From the NCBI GenBank assembly GCA_041906765.1, contig JAYRIP010000005.1, positions 1,581 to 65,580 on the forward strand: a stretch of 64,000 bases of DNA, given 5' to 3'. This DNA comes from Candidatus Saccharimonadales bacterium (GTDB lineage: Bacteria; Patescibacteriota; Saccharimonadia; Saccharimonadales; JAYRRP01). The notes below the pieces were generated by a model, which had not been told where the DNA came from, ran no database searches, and worked only from the letters and a program-made list of their open reading frames with translations. Below, in pieces: positions 1-9,015 of this stretch (position 1 is the stretch's first letter; each line of letters opens with the position of its first letter). The translations under genes were made by a program, and so were the position numbers.

Positions 1-120
1 ATGACATACGTTGCCTCACACAATTGTTAAGCTTTCGGTGAAAATCTAACAAATATCCCAGGAGTAACTGGGACTACTGTTACTTGTAATTTACACCAGA
101 ATATTGTACTATATTCCTCT

Positions 121-984
121 ATGTTAGAGATCCCCAACCTTACTGAGCTGAGATTAAGTAAATCTGGGTACGACACTAGGTATGAAATTGATGTTACCCA
201 TCCGTTACATAACGACCCCTTAGTGGACCCACGGGAGCCTGAATTCGGATTCGAGGATGCAAGTAGCTATTACTCGAAGCCAAATGCCATGACAGGCGAA
301 ACTTTACCTGGTGTACCTGACGCACCATTGTTGCGCTTAGATGTTGCCAAAAGAATAGTACAGGCCGAGCATTTCCTGCGAACCGATCCGGAAGTCCGAG
401 AAGTTTTGGGATCACCAGCCCGTTTACGAATAGATGATGCATTGCGCCCATATCAAGTACAAAAATTTGCCTTCGAAGTAGCTTGGCCAATGGTAATAAA
501 GGCTAAAAATCCTGATATGCCAGACGAAGAAGTAGTAAAACAAGTTCCTAATTACTGTGCCAGACCTAACGAAAACCTCACACCCACACCTCATTTAACC
601 GGAGGTGCGGTGGATGTAGCCTTAGTGAATCTACAGACTAACGAAGCTTTTGATAGAGGCCATAGAGGGGGTACGATTAAAGGAACGGCATACCCTGACT
701 TCCACGAAGGCTACCATCTGACAGAAGGCCAAAGCGACATAGAGGACTCACCCGAACAAGCGGCAGTAGCACCTAGAAATAAAGAAATAGTAATGGCACG
801 AAGAATCTTATATTACGCGATGACTGAGGTTGCAGGTTTATCTGTAAACCCACAAGAAATTTGGCATTACGGCAAAGGTGATCCTCTGTCTGAGTATGTA
901 TCAGGTAGTCACCATCCATATTATGGTATTGCCGAACTTCCTGAATGGTACGCGCAAGAAATGCAACGACTTCAAGCTGACTAA
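121..984 (+). CDS. M15-family D-Ala-D-Ala dipeptidase-like (VanX-like) zinc peptidase
   Basis: 287-aa ORF with VanX-type motifs readable: LRPYQVQ (cf. YRP), HLTGGAVDV (H-x3-G-x-A-x-D) and EIWHYG (E-x-W-H-Y). Confidence 0.6.
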   Translation: MLEIPNLTELRLSKSGYDTRYEIDVTHPLHNDPLVDPREPEFGFEDASSYYSKPNAMTGETLPGVPDAPLLRLDVAKRIVQAEHFLRTDPEVREVLGSPARLRIDDALRPYQVQKFAFEVAWPMVIKAKNPDMPDEEVVKQVPNYCARPNENLTPTPHLTGGAVDVALVNLQTNEAFDRGHRGGTIKGTAYPDFHEGYHLTEGQSDIEDSPEQAAVAPRNKEIVMARRILYYAMTEVAGLSVNPQEIWHYGKGDPLSEYVSGSHHPYYGIAELPEWYAQEMQRLQAD

Positions 985-1070
985 GAACTAAGCCACCTGC
1001 ACTTCGGTTGTTCTCCAATAACCATAAACAGCATAGATCCTTTTAAGAGATCTTTTGTTATACTCGGCAT

Positions 1071-1313
1071 GTGTACTTAGCCTTTTTCGGTACAGGGCCA
1101 TGCGACCCCAGCAAAAAGCTAAAAGAATTCTTAGCTTTTGTCGTAACAGTAGCCGGGTGGCTCATTATAATACTTTTATTACGCAAGATTAATGGATCAA
1201 AGCCTACGGCAAAGATAGGCTTGTCAATGTTACTGATCATATCTGGCGTAATAGGGACCGCACTAATATTTTTAGTAACGTGGCTCGGTTTAGCTTGTTC
1301 GGGTTATAGATAA
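1071..1313 (+). CDS. small membrane protein (2 predicted TM helices), hypothetical
   Basis: 80-aa ORF with a GTG start in the track and two long hydrophobic stretches. The antisense alternative 1058..1240 looks less protein-like. Confidence 0.3.
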   Translation: MYLAFFGTGPCDPSKKLKEFLAFVVTVAGWLIIILLLRKINGSKPTAKIGLSMLLIISGVIGTALIFLVTWLGLACSGYR

Positions 1314-1343
1314 GCCTAATGAGATTACTGATATGATAGTTAT

Positions 1344-1976
1344 ATGCAGAGGAAGCGGATCGGGGTACTAGGTTCAGGTGTCGTCGGCCAAACTTTAGCC
1401 AATGGGCTGAAGGACGCAGGTTTTGAGGTAAAAATTGGCCGTCGGACTGCTGGCAAAGTAGACAATTGGGAAGGTTCTGTCGTCACATCTGCGGAATGTA
1501 CAGGCTGGGCTGAAATAGTTATCTTGGTAGTGAAAGGCATGGCCGCCGAAGAAGTTGTCAGCAACTTAAAAAGTGAGTTGGCCGGTAAGACAGTAATTGA
1601 TACCACGAACCCGATCGCCGATGAACCTCCAGACGACGGAGTGTTGCGCTACTTTACTGATATGCACGAATCACTCATGGAACGGTTGCAGCGAAAATGT
1701 CCCGCTGCACGGTTTGTGAAGGCTTTTAACAGCGTAGGGAATGCTCTTATGGTGAAGCCGCAACTTGCCAACGGGCCACCAACTATGTTTATTTGTGGCA
1801 ACGATCAAGCCTCGAAAAAAGAAGTCACTGATATCCTTGAGAAATTTGGCTGGGAGGCCGCTGATATGGGCAGCGCAAAATCAGCCCGGGCTATAGAACC
1901 CCTTTGCATACTGTGGTGCCTGCCCGGATTCTTACGCAACGATTGGCAGCACGCTTTTAAACTAATCACTCAATAA
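1344..1976 (+). CDS. NAD(P)-binding oxidoreductase, NADPH-dependent F420 reductase / P5C-reductase-like fold
   Basis: N-terminal Rossmann motif IGVLGSGVVGQTLA. The 210-aa length and layout are typical of the F420_oxidored family. Confidence 0.6.
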   Translation: MQRKRIGVLGSGVVGQTLANGLKDAGFEVKIGRRTAGKVDNWEGSVVTSAECTGWAEIVILVVKGMAAEEVVSNLKSELAGKTVIDTTNPIADEPPDDGVLRYFTDMHESLMERLQRKCPAARFVKAFNSVGNALMVKPQLANGPPTMFICGNDQASKKEVTDILEKFGWEAADMGSAKSARAIEPLCILWCLPGFLRNDWQHAFKLITQ

Positions 1977-2072
1977 ATCTCCTTCCCCCATTAGAGCCGC
2001 TAAAAAGATAATAATGTTTGGTATTCACGCCAACAACTATTATGCTTAAGTTAATTAAATGAGGAGAGTAAC

Positions 2073-2447
2073 ATGCAAACGAGTGGTAAACCTGTACAAT
2101 TTCAGGGTGATGCAAGCGGATATTTTATCGCTACACTAGTCGGTATACTGACGATGTACATAATAATTGTCGGTTGGCCAATCGGATTCAATTACATGGC
2201 CAATTGGATAATCTCCAACACCATCGTTGACGGCAAAAGATTGAAGTACTCAGCTACCTATAGTGAAACTCTTGGATTTCTTACTCTAAACATGCTGCTG
2301 GTTATAGTTACTTTTGGTATATATTCATTCTGGTTTGTGCCTAAAGCTTACAGATTCGCATTGGACCACACCACCTATTTAGGTGCACCCACTACGCCAG
2401 CGCCTGCAACCGCAAAAAGTGCCCCTACACCAACGCCAGCTGCCTAG
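2073..2447 (+). CDS. small membrane protein, DUF898/YjgN-like half-domain
   Basis: Two TM helices and a TFGIYSFW motif resembling the TLGIYxPW signature of DUF898. The C-terminal tail is Pro/Ala/Thr-rich. Confidence 0.4.
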   Translation: MQTSGKPVQFQGDASGYFIATLVGILTMYIIIVGWPIGFNYMANWIISNTIVDGKRLKYSATYSETLGFLTLNMLLVIVTFGIYSFWFVPKAYRFALDHTTYLGAPTTPAPATAKSAPTPTPAA

Positions 2448-2935
2448 TGATGCTTGCCGTGGTGTTTGCCGCCTTTACGGTGACCTGACCATAAGAGCAA
2501 GAAACTCAATAATGCGCCACCAGCAAAAATAAGTGCTTGGTATTGGTTAAGAAGTGTCCATAATTTTTCGCTCTCCGCCAAGGATTTTGCTCCGTATGGC
2601 AAAAGAGGCACCGCCAACACTGCTACCGCCAGTCCACATATGGCCGCAGGTATGATATTGAGCAGCATTTTGGCGCCGCTTACATGTTGACGCAATAGTA
2701 AAGCAGTAATAATTGCCGGCAATAATATGATGCCTATCTCAACATAATTCTGTGAGGTTGGGCCAAGCTTAGTAACTAGGCTATTTAAGGTTTCATTGGA
2801 GCTGCTACCAACGTACTTCGCTACTACGCTGCCAGTACAAAGAGCAAGAAATACTACTGCAGCATTACTTCGCAACCAAAACAATAATATTATTGGTGCG
2901 CCTATGAGTAATGCAATGAGTATAGTGCCTGTCAT
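2444..2935 (-). CDS. integral membrane protein, hypothetical
   Basis: 163-aa ORF with 4-5 hydrophobic helices and a His/Lys-rich C-terminus (GGKHHGKHH). It overlaps the convergent upstream gene end by 4 nt. Confidence 0.5.
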   Translation of the reverse strand: MTGTILIALLIGAPIILLFWLRSNAAVVFLALCTGSVVAKYVGSSSNETLNSLVTKLGPTSQNYVEIGIILLPAIITALLLRQHVSGAKMLLNIIPAAICGLAVAVLAVPLLPYGAKSLAESEKLWTLLNQYQALIFAGGALLSFLLLWSGHRKGGKHHGKHH

Positions 2936-2959
2936 TCAGCCCATAATAGCATGAGCGTA

Positions 2960-3430
2960 TTAAAAGCTCAGCTTTTGGCCATCCGTAATACCGGCTTCAT
3001 CGCTCACGCCTGCAGAAACTTCTATGACATATTTAGCTGGCACATCCGGGCAAAACTCTTGCGGATAGGTCTCCGGCTTAAGATTCCTCTCGATGTGGAG
3101 CACTTTCTTATCCCTGTCTATCCATATGATATCAAGTGGAAATTTCATCCCTTTCATCCAAAAACATTGCGTGCCGGATTTGCTAAATACAAAGAGCATA
3201 CCCTTATCGTGGTTAAGAGTGGTATATTTCGACAATCCAATGGCTCGAGCCTCGGGTGTACGAACAATCTCAAGATTTATCCGGTTCTTTCCTAAAACCA
3301 CCGCCACACCTGTGCGCCGGTTCATCACCCACAATGAGACAGCCAAGATAATAATTACAGAGACAGCTATCGCTAAATTGCGTCGGGATTTATGCGCCCA
3401 CACGATCCTTACGCCTTTTGCCGCGGGCAT
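2960..3430 (-). CDS. DUF192 domain protein with N-terminal membrane anchor
   Basis: Readable DUF192-type motifs: ARAIGLS, GMLFVF, FWMKGMKFPLDIIWID. It overlaps the rimK 3' end by 41 nt on the same strand. Confidence 0.7.
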   Translation of the reverse strand: MPAAKGVRIVWAHKSRRNLAIAVSVIIILAVSLWVMNRRTGVAVVLGKNRINLEIVRTPEARAIGLSKYTTLNHDKGMLFVFSKSGTQCFWMKGMKFPLDIIWIDRDKKVLHIERNLKPETYPQEFCPDVPAKYVIEVSAGVSDEAGITDGQKLSF

Positions 3431-4295
3431 TTTGCTCGATGTATTCTATCACTTTTTCAGCCACGTTTTTTCCAGTTACCTGTTCGGGCGAACTAAAACT
3501 TGCAGAAGAATTAACTTCCAGAACAAGTGGCCCGTGATTAGAACGGAGCATATCTACTCCACAAATTGGTAATCCCATGGATCGGGCAGCCTTTATAGCC
3601 GCTTTTTCCTCATCCGGTTTTAGTCTCACTTTTCTGCCAACCCCCCCTTGATGAGTATTGGAGCGGAAATCATCATCTAAACTCTGTCTTTTTATACTTG
3701 CCACTACCCTTCCACCAACCACTAACACCCGAAGGTCCATGCCGGCCGATTCAGCAATATATTCCTGCACCAAAAAGCTTACACCTTCTACATAAAAAGC
3801 TTGCATTACAGCTTGAGCTGCCTTTTTGGTTTCGGCGAGTACCACACCGTTCCCATGTGTTCCTCGGGCTACCTTTATTATTACCGGAACACCTCCGGCT
3901 TGTTCTATAACATCGTTGAAGTCTGCAGTCTCACGAGCAAAAACTGTTTTCGGCACCCCGATGCCACTTTTTGCCATAAGTTGATAGGAACGTAATTTAT
4001 CACGCGAACGCGTAATGGCTATAGAGCTTGCTGTTGTAAATACCCCCCTCATTTCAAATTGCCGTACTATTGAGCTACCGTATTTCGTTAAGCTGGTAGC
4101 AATCCGGGGAATGACTGCATCTATATCACTTAAGTCTTCACCCTCATAACGGACCACCGGGTTATTACGCTCAACAGTGACATAACACTTGGCATAATTA
4201 ATAACCCACACCGTATGTCCGCGCTTTTCCGCTTCTTCTTTAAGGCGTCTCGTAGAATAATTCCCTGGTCCCTGAGATAAAATAGCTATTTTCAT
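3390..4295 (-). CDS. rimK: RimK-type ATP-grasp alpha-L-glutamate ligase (ribosomal protein S6 modification-like)
   Basis: 301 aa, alignable by eye along its length to E. coli RimK: MKIAILS, DAVIPRI, RQFEM, SRDKLRS, GTHGNGVVLAET, VQEYI, FRSNTHQGG, GVDMLRSNHGPLVLEVN. Confidence 0.9.
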   Translation of the reverse strand: MKIAILSQGPGNYSTRRLKEEAEKRGHTVWVINYAKCYVTVERNNPVVRYEGEDLSDIDAVIPRIATSLTKYGSSIVRQFEMRGVFTTASSIAITRSRDKLRSYQLMAKSGIGVPKTVFARETADFNDVIEQAGGVPVIIKVARGTHGNGVVLAETKKAAQAVMQAFYVEGVSFLVQEYIAESAGMDLRVLVVGGRVVASIKRQSLDDDFRSNTHQGGVGRKVRLKPDEEKAAIKAARSMGLPICGVDMLRSNHGPLVLEVNSSASFSSPEQVTGKNVAEKVIEYIEQNARGKRRKDRVGA

Positions 4296-4305
4296 AATTT
4301 GTATC

Positions 4306-5616
4306 CTACCCTTTCAGCTTATTCTGTAAAAACCTGGCCATTGCGGTATATTTCTCTGTTAAAAATGTCCCTGTTGCAAGTTGTGGTCCGTCGTTTACTT
4401 CAAAACAATACCACGAACCAGTTTTCTTGTCCTGTACCATATCGATACCTGCAATCTCGCGGTCTAAAAGCAAAGCTGCTTGAATACTGTCTCGTTGTAC
4501 TTTGGTGGCAATATCCTCAATATTGATAAGCTTCGCGTTGCCACCCTTTGAAGTGTTGTTCAGGTGCGAAGTATCTTTACTTTGACGATGAATTATCAGT
4601 CCGACTCTTTTACCAAACACGAGCAACCTGTAATCACCGTCATTTGGTATAAATTTTTGACCAATAAGCCGAACCTCGGCTTTGGTGGCTTTTTTTATCG
4701 CTTGTCTAAATGACTTCTCGTCTTTCACCAAAAAGTTATAATCGCCTTTTTTGCCATGAATGTCCTTCAGCACAAATGGTAGACCCAAAGCAGTAGAAAA
4801 GTCATGATACATTTGCTTTAAGCGCGGGCCAGCCACAAACAAACTATCTGGTACCGTAATCCCATTCGGACTTAATATAAAGTACTGATACAGCTTGCTG
4901 CTAGCTTGGAAGTGCAGAACAGCTTGATCGAAAAAAGGTATGTGCCGTGCAGTTAAATAGCGAGCAATCGTGGCTGCAAGGTCTTGGTAATTGGCTGTGG
5001 TTTTAAAGTACACCAGGTCGAACGTAGCCACATCCTGTCCGCTGTCATTGGTGGTTATGGAAGCTCGATTATTTTTAATCTGAAAATTAAGATCCTCGTA
5101 GGTATACACAGTAAAGCTTACGTTATTAGCAGCACTTCCTAGATTTTTTGCATACCGCTCAAGGGTCTTTGTTTTCTTCATCGACAGTATGAGTACGCGG
5201 TAGTTATCTTTAAGAGCTGACTTCGTCACATCAACCAGAAACTTACCATGCAACGTGCGACGTCCGATAAGGATAGGAAAGCGATTATTGGCACGGTTCG
5301 CAAGCGTAAACCGAACCCAGATAGTCCGTCCGCCTATGATCGTTTTGAGACGAACTTTGTAGCGGAATTCTGTCTCACCGAAGGAGTTTTTGACTGAGCG
5401 GATTTGAAAATGTCGGGTCTTCAGCTTTTTGCCGTTATAAAAAGGGGATGGTCGATCAAATAATCGAAAGGTTAACAAGCCATCTTTCTCATGAATGTCA
5501 CTAGCCCAAATAGCGGATCCATCCGCTCCGGTGTCAACCTTGGCGGGCACAGCTTTAATACCATCATTGGGCAATGAGACAAGTTCAACGTTACCGATAT
5601 GTTGTAGTTGAGGCAT
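4306..5616 (-). CDS. fusion protein: N-terminal retropepsin-like 'ATP-dependent zinc protease' (RimB-type) domain plus C-terminal RimK-like ATP-grasp ligase
   Basis: The N-terminus carries AKVDTGADGSAIWA and ILIGRRTL..FLVDV, typical of the PF05618-like family. The C-terminal half has an ATP-grasp layout (VLKD..GKKG, LIGQKFIP, DYRLLVFG, NTSKGG, GIDMV, EVNDGPQL). Confidence 0.8.
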   Translation of the reverse strand: MPQLQHIGNVELVSLPNDGIKAVPAKVDTGADGSAIWASDIHEKDGLLTFRLFDRPSPFYNGKKLKTRHFQIRSVKNSFGETEFRYKVRLKTIIGGRTIWVRFTLANRANNRFPILIGRRTLHGKFLVDVTKSALKDNYRVLILSMKKTKTLERYAKNLGSAANNVSFTVYTYEDLNFQIKNNRASITTNDSGQDVATFDLVYFKTTANYQDLAATIARYLTARHIPFFDQAVLHFQASSKLYQYFILSPNGITVPDSLFVAGPRLKQMYHDFSTALGLPFVLKDIHGKKGDYNFLVKDEKSFRQAIKKATKAEVRLIGQKFIPNDGDYRLLVFGKRVGLIIHRQSKDTSHLNNTSKGGNAKLINIEDIATKVQRDSIQAALLLDREIAGIDMVQDKKTGSWYCFEVNDGPQLATGTFLTEKYTAMARFLQNKLKG

Positions 5617-5702
5617 TGTTACTTTTCCACGTCTTTAGGCAAAATAGCATAAATTTCGTAGTCTTTTAGTTAATTATAAACTATTTGATACTTATAGTCA
5701 AT

Positions 5703-5819
5703 CTACGGAGCAGCTCTTTTGACTCGTATATAAACAAGTATAATTGCCGCTATCAAGACCGCCAAAAGCGTCAACATAAGAGGAATAAAGCCATTCTGAC
5801 CAAGACGCTTTAGTTTCAT
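5703..5819 (-). CDS. 38-aa single-TM peptide (not in ORF track), hypothetical
   Basis: Manual translation gives MKLKRLGQNGFIPLMLTLLAVLIAAIILVYIRVKRAAP, a basic N-terminus followed by one TM helix. No homology could be assessed. Confidence 0.25.
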   Translation of the reverse strand: MKLKRLGQNGFIPLMLTLLAVLIAAIILVYIRVKRAAP

Positions 5820-5859
5820 ATATACCTATTGTAAAAGACATGCGTATAAACACAACCAG

Positions 5860-5889
5860 TTGACTGACATAGGCTTTTTATGCTATAAT
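5860..5889 (+). promoter_or_regulatory. near-consensus sigma70-type promoter (TTGACT-18 nt-TGcTATAAT) for the GGDEF gene
   Basis: TTGACT lies at 5860-5865 and an extended -10 TGCTATAAT at 5881-5889. The ATG at 5896 is only 6 nt after the -10 hexamer, implying a leaderless mRNA. Confidence 0.55.
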
Positions 5890-5895
5890 ATACAC

Positions 5896-6627
5896 ATGAA
5901 TGAAGGTTTTGCCTCCGAGCGTGATTTGCATCAGCGTGCCCGTCAAGCTTCCCGCGAACGCTTAGCGAATTCTACTAAAGATATACGAGCCTTGACTACA
6001 GCTAACGCAGGTCTAAAAGCTGCGGTGCAATATCAGCAGACAGTACTTAACTGGGTAAACGCCGAGAGAGACTATTGGCATGAACAGGCTACACACGACT
6101 CCCTTACAAATCTTCTTAACAAACGTGGTCTTGATGAGCAGTTATCCAAAAAGCTTGAGCAAGCAACCGAAGAAGATAATATTGGCCTGTTTTATATAGA
6201 CCTGACTAATTTTAAGCGTGTCAATGACGAACAAGGACATCAAATGGGTGATGCAGTTTTAGTAAGTGTTGCAAATATTTTGAAATATACTTTCCGAAAA
6301 GATGATGCGCTCTCTTATGTGGGCAGGACAGGCGGCGATGAATTCATTGCACTATGCGACCTGCAACCTCGACCAGACCGAGATAATGCACTATCGGCAG
6401 AAGAAAGGATGCAGCATATTAAAGATAGGTTAGCCACCGAGTTTAATCATTTCCGTCAAGGGATAATTGAAGGGGGGCCATCTTTGGAGTCAATGAAGTT
6501 CGACGTTTCCATCGGACAGGCAATCTGGACGCCTGGCGCAAATGCCGAAGATTTTATAGCGCTAGCCGAGCATGATATGTACGAACACAAGAACCAGCAA
6601 CACGAGGCACACGGATCATATCGCTAA
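5896..6627 (+). CDS. GGDEF-domain diguanylate cyclase with N-terminal coiled-coil
   Basis: Intact GGDEF active-site motif (GRTGGDEFIAL) and upstream D-x-LT-x-L-x-NRR-like DSLTNLLNKRG. The track ORF begins at TTG 5860, but the ATG at 5896 fits the promoter better. Confidence 0.85.
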   Translation: MNEGFASERDLHQRARQASRERLANSTKDIRALTTANAGLKAAVQYQQTVLNWVNAERDYWHEQATHDSLTNLLNKRGLDEQLSKKLEQATEEDNIGLFYIDLTNFKRVNDEQGHQMGDAVLVSVANILKYTFRKDDALSYVGRTGGDEFIALCDLQPRPDRDNALSAEERMQHIKDRLATEFNHFRQGIIEGGPSLESMKFDVSIGQAIWTPGANAEDFIALAEHDMYEHKNQQHEAHGSYR

Positions 6628-8939
6628 CCGGACTTTGGTGGCGAAGGCTTTTCGTCATTCCCATGCTTTAGGAGCAAGTAAATTGCAATGCCGATTATTG
6701 TAAGCCCCACTAATGCGAGCGCGATAAACGTTAATTCCCGCAATTGGTAGAGTACTGCCAAAATAGAAGCAACCAAACCCCACTTTATTACCAATCGTCT
6801 GCCAATAGCCATACCGAGTAATACCAAACAAATTTGTTCGGCAATAAGTAGCCAACCATAACCTCCGCCTGCACTATCCAGTGCCATTATGGCGGTAGGC
6901 AGAGTGAAGGCAACCAAGGCAAGAATAGTATAAGATTCTTCTTCGTTCTTTTGGCGACGACGGGTAGCCACATACGCATAAAAGGCAAATAATGCCGCCC
7001 ACAGGTGACTATAGACAAGTACATTGTGCACTCCCCAAAAACCGATAAGCCACTGGAAAGCTGCCATGCCCAACATGCCAGCGACATACTGTGAGGCAAT
7101 ATTTTTTCGTTCCTTTGCATACACGAATAGCAGCGCCGCGGTTAGCGCAAGATCGGCAATCATTGGTACCGTTGTGTCGCCAAATACCACAACACTGGCT
7201 GCACCGGCCGCCGCACCGAATATTGCAACCTCTTGCCACTGGGCAAAATACCGGACCTTTTTAAGTTGCACCGCAACCCAGTACATAAGAAGTGCAAGCA
7301 GACCAAAACACGAGGGGACAATCAAAGGGAAATCAACATGTGACAGACTAAGAAAAGTTATAGTCGAAACAAAAATCAGCACACCAGAAGCAATCCAAAG
7401 CTCTTTTACTCTTTCATACAGGCCCAATAGGCCTACAATGAGCGCAAAACAACTACTCATTAGTGCGGCATAAAACCGCCCTCCGTTCAGAGCCACTGCA
7501 TAGGATATTGATAAGCCAATTGCATATGTTGCCTGGATAGTTTGTATGAAAAACTTGTTACTCGATCCTATCCGTAAACACAGTGCCAAGCTTGCAGTGC
7601 CAAGATACAACAGGGCAAGTTGCGCTGCCTGCATGGCTGGATGCAACCAATACACACCAACCACAGCCGGTAGCATTGTCCAGGCGATGGCCGCAACCAT
7701 TGCAGGAAATAGCTCTGCAGTCAGCCAATACACCACTAATTGCTGAAGGACAAGTACGCCCAATGAGATGCTGAAGTAGGCAGCGTCATCAACGAAAAAC
7801 AAACAGGAGAGGAGTATTGCTGCCTGTACTACCACATATACTGCCCATTCTGTTTCTAATAATGCTGCAGGTTGTTGACGAGGTTTTGCACGCAATGCAT
7901 AAATAATGCCGGTCTGTAGCAATGCAATACCACCCAGGATTGCTCCAACCACATGCGTGTTTCTCGAAATATCCCAACAAACTAAGCTTGCAGCTGTTAT
8001 CGCGCAAACATCACCAAAAACAATGAACCACATCGTCGTTAAGGAGCCGGAAGTTTTGCGGTCAGTATAGCTAAGGACAAAGTAGTATACAGACGCCAAT
8101 GTAAAAGCAGCGCTTGCCTGCAAAAACCCAAACTGCTCAATGGACATTAATGCAAAAACTAACGAAACAGGTATTAAAATGGTTGACGCAAACTCCAGTG
8201 GTCCTTGTGACTCTCTGGGCACTTTTCCAAACCGCGGCAAAAGCATAAACAAAGTGCCGCAAAGTGACATCACAATTCCGAAATAATAGACTGGTAACTC
8301 TACTATCGCCACGCCTGACATAAACAGCGACAAAAAAGCAGCCAACAAAAAGTAGACACTAAACGTATGTCGGGTACGTAGTAGTGCGTGGACGTATATA
8401 CCCATTGCAACAGCCGAGGTCATACACCACACGGCGGCCGCGTGAGTACGTCCAAACATGAATACATATGACGCAAAGCCAACAAACGGGATGAGTATCA
8501 TGCCGATCGCAATAAATGAAAGTCCAGCGGGCTTCAACCGGTGAATGTGACGGAATAAATACATGCCAAGGACATAAAACCCAGTAGCTACTAGCGCAGT
8601 TAGTACTGTCCTGGTCGTACCACCAAGGCCTGCAAATGCGATAAACAGACCAACTGCAGATGTAAACAGAAAGGCCCCCAAATAGAGAAGGATGGTTGCA
8701 TTATCCACAGGTTTTGGCGGTGGGGGAGGCGCTATGCCTGCAACAACGGCAGTATTAGCTGATATTGGACTTGCAGCTGTTACCGCAGCATTAGAGGCAG
8801 CCTGGTCTTGTCCGCCGCTGCCATATAGCATTGTGCGCAAATTCGCGTTTTCATCGTATAGTTCACGAAGGCGCTTTTTGGAGCTGTGACTCCCTACATA
8901 AGCCCCAAGTAAAAAAATTAGAATAACAAGCAAAAACAT
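6624..8939 (-). CDS. large polytopic membrane protein (about 20 TM helices), DUF2339-like architecture
   Basis: 771 aa: N-terminal TM, short coiled segment, Pro-rich linker (PPPPPKP), then many TM helices. The family assignment is from memory of the architecture only. Confidence 0.5.
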   Translation of the reverse strand: MFLLVILIFLLGAYVGSHSSKKRLRELYDENANLRTMLYGSGGQDQAASNAAVTAASPISANTAVVAGIAPPPPPKPVDNATILLYLGAFLFTSAVGLFIAFAGLGGTTRTVLTALVATGFYVLGMYLFRHIHRLKPAGLSFIAIGMILIPFVGFASYVFMFGRTHAAAVWCMTSAVAMGIYVHALLRTRHTFSVYFLLAAFLSLFMSGVAIVELPVYYFGIVMSLCGTLFMLLPRFGKVPRESQGPLEFASTILIPVSLVFALMSIEQFGFLQASAAFTLASVYYFVLSYTDRKTSGSLTTMWFIVFGDVCAITAASLVCWDISRNTHVVGAILGGIALLQTGIIYALRAKPRQQPAALLETEWAVYVVVQAAILLSCLFFVDDAAYFSISLGVLVLQQLVVYWLTAELFPAMVAAIAWTMLPAVVGVYWLHPAMQAAQLALLYLGTASLALCLRIGSSNKFFIQTIQATYAIGLSISYAVALNGGRFYAALMSSCFALIVGLLGLYERVKELWIASGVLIFVSTITFLSLSHVDFPLIVPSCFGLLALLMYWVAVQLKKVRYFAQWQEVAIFGAAAGAASVVVFGDTTVPMIADLALTAALLFVYAKERKNIASQYVAGMLGMAAFQWLIGFWGVHNVLVYSHLWAALFAFYAYVATRRRQKNEEESYTILALVAFTLPTAIMALDSAGGGYGWLLIAEQICLVLLGMAIGRRLVIKWGLVASILAVLYQLRELTFIALALVGLTIIGIAIYLLLKHGNDEKPSPPKSG

Positions 8940-9015
8940 ATTTGTTCTCTGTTGGAACTATACAGCCGCCAGACAAAACGCACAAGCTTACTTCTAGGTA
9001 ATAAGGGTTTATCCC

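Noticed and set aside
7024-7473. A 149-aa plus-strand ORF and several smaller ORFs within the 771-aa membrane protein gene.
   Set aside because: The minus-strand frame encodes continuous TM helices across the region, and the alternative frames are compositional artefacts.
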